Positions 52,817 to 64,000 of a DNA stretch of 64,000 nucleotides are shown one piece after another; within the stretch, counting starts at the first letter, position 1, and each line of letters opens with the position of its first letter. The translations under genes were made by a program, and so were the position numbers. The notes beneath the pieces are model-generated. The model worked only from the letters and a program-made list of their open reading frames with translations, was not told the DNA's origin and did no database searches. The stretch is taken from contig NC_090597.1 in the NCBI RefSeq assembly GCF_000497125.1, positions 1,251,797 to 1,315,796 on the forward strand. Reading direction: 5' to 3'. This DNA is from Spironucleus salmonicida. Lineage: Eukaryota.

Positions 52817-54730
52817 ATGTAACCTTCATTTTATTAACATATTATCTCATTACTATCTTACCCTCTATCTTCATAGAAAATTAAATAAATTGTGACATAG
52901 TATGTACTTACCTCGCGTATTTCAATATCTTAAGCTAAGACAGAATTATTATTTTATCAATAAAACTTTTTTTCGCAAAACTACGTACAACAGTGTCTGA
53001 AACTCTCATAGATCGCCAGGTCATCTCTCCCAGACACGAAGTCTATTAATTCTAGACTTACAACATATATCGCAACCTTATCGCAAATAAAATAGCAAAG
53101 TCAAGTCCAATAAGAGGAACTATCAGATCAAATCAGGTTGAAGCTTCTTTACTAGGCACATGATAGTATGAAGCGTTCTCTTGAAGTTCTCAAGCAGGTA
53201 AAAAAGGTACTTCCTCCACTATAAAAATTTGAATAGGCACTTGAAGATGGTGATATTGAAGTAGCAATTATGAATTATGATCAACTCCTAGCATTTCAGG
53301 ATCTGAGAAATATTTCCAGTCTGAAGGCCAGAATACCATACTTGTCTGAGGAACTTGAAAAGCGTATCAGAAGGTCTCTACTACCAAAATTCACTAACTT
53401 TATGCCATCTCATGGCATATCATTATAGCAAACACTAAATAATATCGGAATTGACGTGCAGTCCCTGATAATATATGCGTTCAAAAATCAAATATAAGAA
53501 CTTAGTAGTTTCACGATATCTTCCTTCTTTGATTTCCACTTCTTCGCTTCAAAAGCAATGAAAGCAATTCTGGTCACGCTTTGGAATGCACGCCTTTTCA
53601 ACGTATTCTTGAAGAAAAACGAACTCTTTGATATGTTTTCCATAGTATTTTAACCGATATTCAGCTTCAGATCTGAGCTAAAGTATGAAGAGATATCACA
53701 GTTTATGCGTACAATAAGCGAGATACGGCTCCTGTTCCTAGTGTCTGAAGCTTTCTTCGAAACTTAACTAGATACCCTAAAGCTGAAGTTCACCCATCTT
53801 TGTACTCTTATATTTTGTGAGACGATCTGCACAGAATTGTCAATGCTTGCCGCCGATGATTGTAATTCAATAGGCTCCATCACGTCTGATTTCATCACTT
53901 TGGCCGACCAGTTATCGGACATAGCACAACTAGCAGCAAATTTCTAGAACGGATCTTTCAGCAAAGCAATTGCATGCTGCTTCCGGAAGCTTCACATCAC
54001 CTTTACACCACAGTGCTACTGGAGCTTGTCTGAAGTAGAAATCTCGATATAGAACGTAATGGGAACCGTGTGTAAAATCTCATCCGTGCTAGGGTGCTCC
54101 CTGGGTATCGTCTTAGCAAAAATAAAATCTTTTGCCGTAGACAGTATTAGAACAGTATTTGGGATCAAATATGTTGACACCCTACATGACATTAGCGATG
54201 TTATGAGTCGCTAAACCGCGAAACTCAAAACTCACTAAACCAGCAGATATACCCCAACGCTGCAATCCTTTCTGCGCCTCCCGAGCCAGCAAATATTGCA
54301 GCTGCTCAAAGATTCGTCAGCAAGCATCGACCTCTTGGCTTCCTTGAACCTCTTTACCGAGGCATTCCGGGATACTATCGCGAGCAACAAGAAGCTCATC
54401 ATCACGTATGAGCCCTACCTGCAAGCATTCACACAGGATGCCAGCCTACCGTCTAAAATCGCAGCATTCACCACCGCCACCTGCTTCGACCCCCGCGGCA
54501 TTCCAGACCATGCCGACGTCTTCCTGCACGCCTTCTCTAACCTCACTTAGACCACAGTTGCAGCAGAAGGTCGTCGCTATCTTAAGCAGGCTATGTTACA
54601 CCAAGTTATAGAGGAAATTTAAAACAATCCTACAAGTTCATTAAAACTCAAAAAATTACACTAGAAATTACTTCAATATAAGATTCTGCCAATTGATGAT
54701 TTTCTAGGTTTTGCAGCTAAGTGTGAGTGA
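52817..54730 (+). CDS. Helical-rod protein, Vps53 (GARP)-like, ~637 aa (alternative start at 52772)
   Basis: Long code-6 ORF. QIRLKLLYQAHDSMKRSLEVLKQV...FEQALEDGDIEVAI...FQDLRNISSLKA resembles the Vps53 N-terminus. Confidence 0.55.
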
Positions 54731-54735
54731 AAATA

Positions 54736-55773
54736 TCATTCCCTACCCTTTCTCTTCATCTTTTTATCAACTTTCCTTCCCTTCATTATTTTACCGTCTT
54801 TTCCTTTTGCCATTTTTACTTCTTCCTCTTACTATTTCTTCTTTGCATCACTAACTTCCCTCCTTTCTTGTCTTGTCTTGTGGACATATTCGTAGACTTA
54901 TTTACCTTTTATGCCCATCTTATTTCCTTCTTAATCACCCTGCATAGCCACCTTTGCCACATTTTTAGCCTCATTATCAGCTTTCTTATCTTCCTCAACC
55001 TTAGCCTTTCTTTACTTCTCGCTAAGCATTTTACTAACCAGTTTCTGTCGCTTTCCTTCTAAAAGCACTCTTTCCTGTGCCTTTTTAGCCAAAATTTGCT
55101 ATTCTTAGGCAGTTTTATCTGCAAATTTATTGAACAAAACTACACCGTCAAAAACGCCATTAACTGCTTTAACAGGTGTCAAATCTATTCTAGGTCCGAG
55201 TTCGACAAGTGGAGCAGACGTTGTTTAAGCTGCCAATTGTTCAAAATTTTCATAAGATGCGAAGTTTAGTTGCTTTTGTCGAAGCTTTAAAAGCAATGAA
55301 GACACGTTTTCCGCACCTGTAAAACGATAATGCCTAATCTGGATTTATTGATTGTGGTAATTTACGAGGAGAATTCGCTCAGGGGTTGCAGATTTGTCAA
55401 GACTTGGGAATAGTGATTAGAAGAGCTATTTAGATAGTTTCGATTGAATTGAATTATCGAATCCAGAGAAAATAGTAAGAACCTCTGATTGATAAACTGG
55501 AGGAGAAGAAAGGGTCGAATAGCTTTGCACATCGAATGTCAGTGTTGGGCCTTATGGGACTCTTGTAATATCGAATTAGATGCCTTGGAGAGTAGAAGAA
55601 AACTTCCATAGGAAGGAAATTTCTAGGTTCGCAGCTACTGAAAGAATATCCTTTGTTGAATTATGAAACTTGAAGTTAGGAAATGAATGTGGATACAAAA
55701 GTTCATTCAGGTGAGCCTTTAGTTCAAATGCCGCGGGTGGAATACTAGTCCTATTGTATATGAGTGTGTTCAT
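54736..55773 (-). CDS. Brix-domain ribosome biogenesis protein (Ssf1/PPAN-like), 345 aa
   Basis: RVPQGPTLTFDV, LFQSLFPSLD, RILLVNY, IQIRHY, LVELGPRIDL, GVFDGVVLF and a basic tail. Confidence 0.88.
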
Positions 55774-56018
55774 TTTTATGGAGTGGAATACGGAATGAAT
55801 ATTATTATAAGATATAATAATATTAGTCTTAGTAATTACTTTAATTGATATTAATATTAGCGTAGAACAATTAATTTTATCCTTATTTAGTTAATTAATC
55901 TAAGATATTGATTAATTTTTTGCTTCTAATGATGGTTACAAATTGATAATTTTATAAACATAAATATACTATTATATAATATTAAGAGGTAATTGCTAAC
56001 CTTTCCATATTCCGCAAA

Positions 56019-57524
56019 ATGTTTATCGACCAAACAAAATATGACAAAAAACTCCCACACGAACTTAACCGTAGACGATTAGAAGAAACCTAACGCTCAT
56101 ATTATTAGGCTGCCGTAAACGATAATACTAGAGTATCTCACATTAATAACGTAGTAAACAAGAAAATCGCACCATAAATTGTGCGTATGTCAATCGAAGA
56201 GCTTAGAATGCGTATTATGGAAAAGGAAGGAAGTAGAAGAAAAATGCTAAAGAGTATATTCGATGCGGAAAAACGTGAATTTGACTCTATTAATAACTTA
56301 AAACAACAAGCTTTCAATTCTCAAGATTCACGAATGAGCCGTCTGGAAGAACAGGCTGTGCAGATTCGCCAACAAACAAAATAAGACACCGAGATTCACA
56401 ACAAACGCGCCTATATTAGATAATGGGAAAATAACTGCGATGAACTCAGAGGTGCCGAAGCCGCAATCAATGCTAGAGCATGTAGGCTGCAATGGGATCT
56501 TTAAAATTATAGTAAAAAAGAAAATGTGAATTGGGAACGAAAACGTGAAATGTGCATTGACTCTATCGTCGTAAACGACTACAAACAGTTCCTTATTGAC
56601 CAAAAGCAGGAAGAAGCACGTAGAATCGAAAAAATGCTTCTAAATAAGCAGTCTCTTGACGAGTAAATGGACGAGAAATCAAGAATTGAAGGCGGAATTC
56701 TAGCCTAAAATTTATAGGCAGAGGCACGCGAACGTGAAATGCGTGAATACGGATTTTTAATCGACCGTTTAGCAAGCGATATTTAGCTTTAAAAGAATTA
56801 CTTTAACAGAGCTGAGTTGGAGTGTTAAATTGCCGTTGAAGAAGCGAAAAAGAAGGCGGGAAAGGAAATAGAACTCTTCGATGGTTAGAAATTGATTAAG
56901 GAGATCAGGGAAGAGTAAAAATAAGCTCATTTAAAGCGATACGAGGATATGTGTAAAGAACGCGACTTGTAGTTGGCTTTTTGTGCATTAGTTTATTAGC
57001 GGAATTAAATCAAAAACTGGGAGGACAAAATGGTCGACAAAATGTTTATTCAGAATGTGAATAGCAGAGACAATTAGTTGCTATAAAGAGAACGTGATGA
57101 ATTAAAGAAGCGTTAAGAAATAAATGGGTCATGCCTGTAACATAATTTATGGTAAGAGGGTTAGAAAAAATAGGCTAAAATTGATGCAGATTCGACTAAA
57201 AAAGATGTTTTAAAGGCCATTTATGCTGATATGGCGTTGTTGGAAAAAGAAAAATTAGATGCATTGATTAAGAAGTTAGACGATTAGAAGTAGTATTTGG
57301 CTTATTTATACATGCAGGATGATGAGAAAGATGACAAATCGTAGTCAATTAAATAGGAGAAAAAAGACTACTCTAACAAGCAAAAGTAAGACTTATAGGA
57401 CGATCTTATGCGCATTCAACAAAGCCTTGGCGACTAGGCAGAGAGGATAAAAGAGCTGGATAGTATTAGATTCGAAGACAACGAGCGTCCTACAATCAAA
57501 CAGAAATAGTGGTATAATATATGA
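56019..57524 (+). CDS. Axonemal coiled-coil protein (CFAP53/TPH-domain-like), 501 aa
   Basis: RRKMLKSIFDAE, RQWENNCDELR and a long E/R/Q coiled coil. Confidence 0.65.
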
Positions 57525-57539
57525 AGTGAAAATATGCAC

Positions 57540-57782
57540 TCACTCAACATTTGCACTGTCCTCATTTTCAATATGTCTTAATGTGGCCAGGGAGATCGTC
57601 ATTGTCTAAGAATAATCAGATTCATCTAGAATCTAATTCATTTCCTCACACGATTTTGCTGATGGAATATATTCCGATTTTTGGTTGCTTATTATTGGAA
57701 GTGGTGTAGTCAAAGATTTTGTCAAAAGCGGTGGTGTATGAGGTTCAGTTTCTTATAGTTTTATGCATGCACATGCACCCAT
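57540..57782 (-). CDS. Small putatively dual-acylated protein (MGACAC), 80 aa
   Basis: MGACACIK N-terminus, ends GAG TGA. Confidence 0.6.
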
Positions 57783-58216
57783 TTTTTTATATATTTAAAT
57801 TATATAAAAAGCTATGAATAGGTCTTTTGCGGATATGGGTTTCACTAGTTTTTAGGATAAAATTTAAATTTATAAAAAATTGGGATATAAATATTTCTAA
57901 AAATAGATAAATTGCTGAATTAAAAATATTAAATTTATTTAGCAAAATTTAGTAAAGAATTATAATAGAAGAAATGTATTGAATAATAATAAACTTAAAT
58001 ATATATTTATATTATATGATGAATATGGTATTAGCTTAATAGTTAAGAGACTATTCTTAAATTCATAAAAAATATAATAAAGTTTACATAATTTAGCTCT
58101 AAATTATATTCATTAAATTATTGGTTGTTAAGTATATAGTTGCTTCTGATAAGTTTTTCACATATTTTGATGGTATAATTATCAATTTTATAACAATATT
58201 TATAGATAATCATTAT

Positions 58217-58957
58217 TCACTAATACTCATTCTTTAAACTTTACAAAACAATTCCACAAATATAGTCCCCGCAAACTATATCTTCTTCGACATCAAATTT
58301 GTCAGAAACATACCAAATAGCGAAGTGAGGTGATTCCTTTAAACTGGATATACGCTGAATTTCTCTCAACCTTTGTGTGTAATATTTTTACGTTTACTCC
58401 CATAACCTTGCATTTTCAATTTATTTCACACCAATTTCAAAATGATTAATCCCAGTTTTTCCTAGCTTCAAATTTAAAGGTAAAATAGCAATTTCATCAT
58501 TGGTAATTTTATCTTCTACGAATTTAAATCTATTATTTATAAACTCTGCTTATGCCCTAGCGCATTCATCAAATTCAATCTATAAAGGTAAATTTATCTC
58601 AGATCGGATTCTAGCTATTCCACAGATAAGAATAGATAGAGGAAAGGTTATTGGCAGTAATGTAAAACTTACTAATTAATCAATTTTGCGTATAAATTTT
58701 TACAAATGCGAGGAAACATGTTAAGAATTTCTGGATGGAATTTAATTTGCTATTTCTGCTCTTTTTGAAAAGCCATATGTCATAAGTGCAGTAATAAACT
58801 ATTTGTGTTCTGTCGATGTCCAATGCCCTGACTTTTCTTTAGGCCTAGCCGATTATTAACTTTCTAATATCTATATTCTATTTTCTAATTCTTGTATACG
58901 CTAAATCAAATAGTTCATGCTATAAGGCTCTGTAAAAGATAATTCAAAAAAAGACAT
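58217..58957 (-). CDS. Myb/SANT protein of the SHAQKY class, 246 aa
   Basis: GHWTSTEHKQFITALMTYG...IANQIPSRNSQHVSSHLQKF. Confidence 0.88.
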
Positions 58958-59982
58958 TTTATGGAAAGAAAATTAACAAATAAAAATATACTATAATAAA
59001 TAATTTTTATAAAAAACGTATGCTAATAGCATTTACTTAACTGTACTACTAATATGTTAATGGAAATATGAATTAGAAAGCAATAATCAAAGTATATAAC
59101 TACACTATTTCTCTTTATAGTGTCCACTCTTTACTTTATAAATAAAATATCGCTGAATTTAAACGGTGCGTTATACAGATATCCGAAACATAAAGATATG
59201 GGATAGATATTAAAATTTATTAGACTAGTATAATTAATACATATTTAGTAATTGACTAAAAATATATAAATAATATATTGTGATTATTCGTCCAATTTTA
59301 ATATATTTAAAATATAATTAAGTCATCCATTTTATGACTCTGAAATAAGTAAATATAACAAGTAAATACGTATTAATCTCATAAAACGTATATCTGTAAA
59401 AATAAATTTATTAATACGACTACTAGTTATTTTAGTCAATTTTATGTAAGTAAACTATAAAACAGCTAAATTTTAACAAATTATTATTATAGGATAAACT
59501 TAAGCTTATTTGTATCAATATATAATATATAGAAAAATTATGTAATTTAAACCATATATCAACTTTTACATCACTTCATGCTAAACTTATTTAGTAAAAT
59601 CATCAAATATGTTATGCATTTTTTAATTACTAGCATATCATATAATAATTATAACTAATTAGAGATATTTCCAACACAAATTATCTATGAGAAAATAGAG
59701 TTGGTATCTGATATACTTATACATAAATGCCATAGTTTACAGTATGTAAACTAAACATCATCATTTTAATGAATTTCACTCTTTATTTTTAATATATTAA
59801 TTCAAAAAGATATCTTGTTTTATTCTGTAATTGTGAATTAGCTGATTAAAATAATATTTATTTGACGATATAATAATTAAGATTTATTACAATAAAATGC
59901 AAATAATAGATTATTACGATAGATTAATAATATAATAATATAAGAAATATTTCACTTCTTTTTTGCTTTCCACTTCTCTGCA

Positions 59983-60438
59983 ATGTCTGCATCTGGAGAT
60001 CCATCTTATCCTAAGGCTGCTGGTGAACTTGGTAAGGGAGACTATATCGTAATCTAGGATAAATTTCCTTGCAAGATTTCTGAATATTCTTCATCGAAAA
60101 CTGGTAAGCACGGTCATGCCAAAGCTTCTATTACTGCAATTGATATCTTCACCGGTAAGAAATATGAAGATTCTTGCCCTACTTCCCATAATGTTAACTG
60201 CCCTCACGTTTTCACATTCAATTATTAAATGACATCCTATGACGATGAATATATTCAGTATATTGATGATGCTGGTATTGAAGGCGAAATCTAGAGACCT
60301 ACTTTCCCTGAAGGTCTTGATACTCAACTTGTTGAAGCTTTTGAGACTGCTATGAACGATTCTATCAATATTGTTATCACTGTTTAGACTGCTATGGGCA
60401 CTTGCTAGGTCATGTCTTTCAGAACCGATAGAAACTGA
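59983..60438 (+). CDS. eIF5A: Translation factor eIF5A, 151 aa
   Basis: Hypusine loop [29 protein letters not shown]. Confidence 0.97.
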
Positions 60439-60573
60439 CTTAATATTTAATTAACTAACTTTTATTTACTATTTTAACTCATGAGCTTTATTGTTTTTAT
60501 CTTTTATATTTAGTTTTAAAAATTGTATTTATAATAATATTATATAATAGTTATGTTTATTTATTCCGCTAAA

Positions 60574-61008
60574 ATGACTTATATTTAAACAATTTTTGGT
60601 CAGTAAAACTTCTTTTTCTTAGTAGATTATACTCTAACAGCATTATAAATAGCATAACTTATAACCAGGTTCTACCCGTCGCGCAGCGCTGGGGAGGTGG
60701 TGATCCACAACGGCCCAACAGTGATATCTTAGGAGGACCGCCTGGCGGAGCTCTGTGTGAACTCGGAGTCCCAGTGGTCCGTACACTTCAGGGTGCTGGT
60801 AGGCACGGACGAGTTTTCTTAGCCGGTCCACTTAGAGTTCTTCTCAGACGCTGATGACCAAGAGTTGCTGCTAGCCCAGGCCCGTGAGGAACTGTAGCAG
60901 AAAGTAATGACCTATATGTAGCAGTAGGCGGAAGATGAGGAAAAGAAAAAAGATGAGGAGTAGAAAGCGGCCTTCGAGGCGGCGCAGGCAAAAAGTAAAA
61001 AGAAGTGA
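60574..61008 (+). CDS. Hypothetical protein, possibly ubiquitin-like N-terminal half plus charged helix, 144 aa
   Basis: ttccgctaaaATG start, open code-6 frame, ends AAG TGA. Confidence 0.6.
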
Positions 61009-61010
61009 GG

Positions 61011-61415
61011 TCATTCGAATATCTTTTTCTGGCCGTCTGGACCCGCATACTGCACGCTAACTGCGTTGATACAATAACGTACGTCCTTGGGGTTGCCGAA
61101 GTGCTCGCCATCGAAACGATGACCGAGGTGTGCGTCACACTGAGCGCAGCGTACCTCGGTCCGTTTCCTTCCACCAGAGGTATCCACCAGCTCTTTGAGG
61201 TTAGATTCATCGCCCTTCCAGAAGGCAGGCCAGCCGCACTTCGCATCGAACTTGGCGGCGCCCGGGAAGAGGGAGGCCTAACACACCGTGCATAGAAAAT
61301 CTCCAGTAGAAGGCAGCGACTTGAATACATCATAGTTAGCCGAGAACGGTGGTTCAGTTGCGGCCTGCTGCGTGACGGCGATCGCGAGCTGAGAAAGATG
61401 GTTAGGTAAACTCAT
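61011..61415 (-). CDS. msrB: Methionine-R-sulfoxide reductase (Zn-type MsrB), 134 aa
   Basis: ATEPPFS, CTVC..SLF, KFDAKCGWPAFW, RTEVRCAQCDAHLGHRFDGE, RYCINAVSV. Absent from the ORF track. Confidence 0.95.
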
Positions 61416-61534
61416 AATGGAGGAGTGGTCACAGATATGTTAGTATACGTAGGTAGCTGTGCCGGTTTTGTTAGGGGTACAAAAAGTATACAACGGAATC
61501 GTATACCTGGCAGTCTTGGACTAGGCGACCGCGC

Positions 61535-61924
61535 ATGCTTTACTCAGCCCTCCTCTTCTCCCCACTCCTAATGCGCTCCCGCAGCCGTACAGCATCCTTC
61601 CATGCAGCAGCTCTGCTCCCAATTATCTCTCTATTATTCCTCGCAGCGGCCGGTGGCGTCACTTGGCACCTCGGTACGGCACTACCCGACTGCATCAGTA
61701 AGTTCTGTGCCCTTTATGGAGAAGTGGAATTATCCCTACAGGTGTGCCCGGCGGAGGACCAGGCAAAATATAACCGCACACGCACCATGTACTACCAGGC
61801 CATAGTCCTAGACATCAGCTTTGCCTGCGCCACGGTTATTTTTTACATGCTCTGGGTTCTCGTCCGCCGCGGGAACCCATCTCTCGAGCGCTTCCTCCTG
61901 GACAAGCAGGCTGAACTAGACTGA
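61535..61924 (+). CDS. Small two-TM membrane protein, 129 aa
   Basis: Track ORF with two hydrophobic helices flanking a Cys-containing loop. Confidence 0.6.
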   Translation: MLYSALLFSPLLMRSRSRTASFHAAALLPIISLLFLAAAGGVTWHLGTALPDCISKFCALYGEVELSLQVCPAEDQAKYNRTRTMYYQAIVLDISFACATVIFYMLWVLVRRGNPSLERFLLDKQAELD

Positions 61925-61945
61925 GTATATTTTAAGCTAACAAAA

Positions 61946-62656
61946 TCATATCACCTCGAAACAAAGCCCAAAATCCTTTCCATCACTGAATACCACTCCT
62001 CCAAGGCCGTTTAGAGAAAGTCCAGCAAAAACTTGCAGTCGATCGCTGAAACTAAACCCTGATATAATACTTCCTTACTGAACCTGGATTCTAATTTCTT
62101 CGAATCTCTTACATTAAAATTTCTCATTAAATAATTATTCATCAAAAAGCATATTAGACCATTTCCCCTTAATTTTGATACTTATTGTTCCATTAAAAAT
62201 TTTTAATACATTCAACTTGTCTGTAAATTCAAAAATTTATTAAATTTTACTGTTAGACAATATAGTTTCCAAAAAATACTACTGATAATGCAAGAACAGA
62301 CTTTACTTTGATTTGCTAAATTAATAACCAATAGTATATTTTTAATACTTTCTTTGAATTTTAACAGATTTTTTTTCGAAAACTGCTTAAATTGTTGATA
62401 AAGTTGGAATTGAAAAGTATGAAAATTGTGATTTAATTTATTACCCTATAGAAAATGAATATGAGTAAGAAGATTTATTTAAGGTAGTTGATGAATGCTC
62501 GACTTCTATTTATACATTTGTTTTTGTTGAGTAGCTCAGTTTTACTACATTTGGGTTAACATTATTGAGTTCAGGTACTAACTTATAGAAGGAGAAGAAA
62601 TTTGGATCATTTTGCTTAGAAATTAATTATGTTAACTTATATGGGTGAAAGTTCAT
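61946..62656 (-). CDS. Candidate divergent mitochondrial-porin-family (Tom40/VDAC-like) beta-barrel, 236 aa
   Basis: Fully translated. Many amphipathic beta-like segments, ends GGVVFSDGKDFGLCFEVI*. The ORF is well supported; the family call is tentative. Confidence 0.55.
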
Positions 62657-62757
62657 TTAACAAAATTAGATAAGATATTATATTATAGTAATCAATATAT
62701 AAGCTAAATTTCTCTTTAAAATGATTATGTTCGTAACGAACCTTTTAGTATTATAAA

Positions 62758-64000
62758 ATGTTTGTACTGACACTATAACATTTACAAAACTGCCCAACAT
62801 TAAACTAATCCTCTCATATAGATTTTTATGGCTTTTACATCAACGACACACATATTTAACTTGAAATTCCAACCAAATTCCCAGAAATTAAAATTTCAGA
62901 GTTTCCTGATATGAGTAACGCGATGAAGTTTATATAAAGTGGAAAAGATGGATCATTCTATTGTTATAACGAAAACTCTAAATTTTAACGACTAGATGCT
63001 TGTAATATCTTAACTATTTAATTTCCAGAAGCTAACTTCATTCATACACTTGTTGAGAAGGATGGTGTATTTTTCGAGATCAAAAATTTTTACTATGAAA
63101 CATTCCATAATATTGGTAATTTTGAAATAATTTCTGAAGTGCTCTTTTTAGGAGACGAGATTATCGCGAAAATACCATAATTAAGTACAAACTTGAAGTT
63201 CCAAATAGATACAATCGGATATTTTATATAAAATACCCTTATTCAAACTGCGTATTGCAATAGTCAATAGATACCTGTTGTAGATGCTAAAATAACATTC
63301 TCAAACCTGTGTAAAACGATATAATTTACACTTTTGAACGGTTAGAATGTAGATTTTTAGCTCAAATTAGAGAATACAGTTTACTATAACTATATATATT
63401 CTCCTGGAGATATTAAAACTAATCTCATAGTTGGATTAGGTGATGTATGTAAAATTGTATAAGAACATATTTTCGAAGCCTTAAAGTCTAATTTTTCATG
63501 CCCTAAAAATTAAACTTTAATTGAAGATACCTGCATTTTAGATTGTCTTTTAGAAAATAATTGCCCTTCCATCTGTCCTGAAAACCACGAGAACATCGAC
63601 GGCGCTTGTTATGATTGCGGGATAAATGGTCATTTAGTGGAAGGATAATGTGAACAAATCGAATGCGAAGTAGGTCAAGTCCTTATTTAGGGGGAATGTA
63701 CAGAATTAGAATGTGGCGAATTTGAGGAGTGGAATGGAGCTTAATGTATCGCTATAATATGCAAGAAATATTCAATAATTATAGACCATAGTTGTGTTGA
63801 GTGCGATCTTGACGAAATAGTAAATGGAAATAAGTGTTAGAAGCTCATTTGTGGAGACTTTGAAATTATACATTAGCATATTTGCATCAGTTGTGGTATA
63901 GGCGAACTAGTGGAAAATGGTTATTGTGTAGAAATTATATGCAAAGAAAATTAAGAACTATTAGGGGATTAGTGTCAAGATATTGTTTGTGGAAATAACC
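62758..64000 (+). CDS. Cysteine-rich surface protein, paralogue of 51340 (runs off the window end)
   Basis: Shared blocks NCP, INDT/VNET, ISEFP/VSEYP, YSPGD/YTPGD, IFEA/IFEE, followed by Cys repeats. Confidence 0.82.

Larger units (their letters stand above)
50575..54525. repeat. Right arm of ~3.95 kb inverted repeat
   Basis: Reverse complement of 45549-49499. Confidence 0.97.

Noticed and set aside
54727-55062. Very hydrophobic 111-aa ORF
   Set aside because: It is the antisense of the K/E/R-rich tail of the Brix protein.
61011-61415. MsrB as a selenoprotein with TGA readthrough
   Set aside because: The catalytic residue is a normal Cys (RYCIN) and there is no internal TGA.

Overview
This is AT-rich, gene-dense, apparently intron-less eukaryotic DNA read with the ciliate/hexamitid code (table 6: TAA/TAG = Gln, TGA the only stop). 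The supplied standard-code ORF track therefore fragments or misses most genes, and I re-translated them by hand. The code, the AGTGA gene ends and the gene content point to a hexamitid diplomonad such as Spironucleus (inference). About 45 CDSs and one tRNA-Gly(TCC) are supported. Recognisable genes include Fe-ADH, Rab2, DNAAF6/PIH1D3, MDH, two Myb factors, dTMP kinase, an MFS pump, NAD kinase, a Pirh2-like E3 ligase, WDR75-like, Vps53-like, Brix/Ssf1, CFAP53-like, eIF5A and MsrB. Main highlights: (1) a ~3.95 kb near-perfect inverted repeat (45549-49499 / 50575-54525) around a 1075-bp potentially invertible spacer; (2) a GC-rich LRR-like gene duplicated 22 kb away into a decayed paralogous locus; (3) a family of ~49-aa Met-Gly micro-proteins; (4) four intact enzyme homologues lacking catalytic residues (thioredoxin, cathepsin B, GH35, DJ-1); (5) two orphan ORFs ending in a mitochondrial beta-barrel 'beta-signal'. 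All family assignments come from motif recognition by eye, not from database searches.
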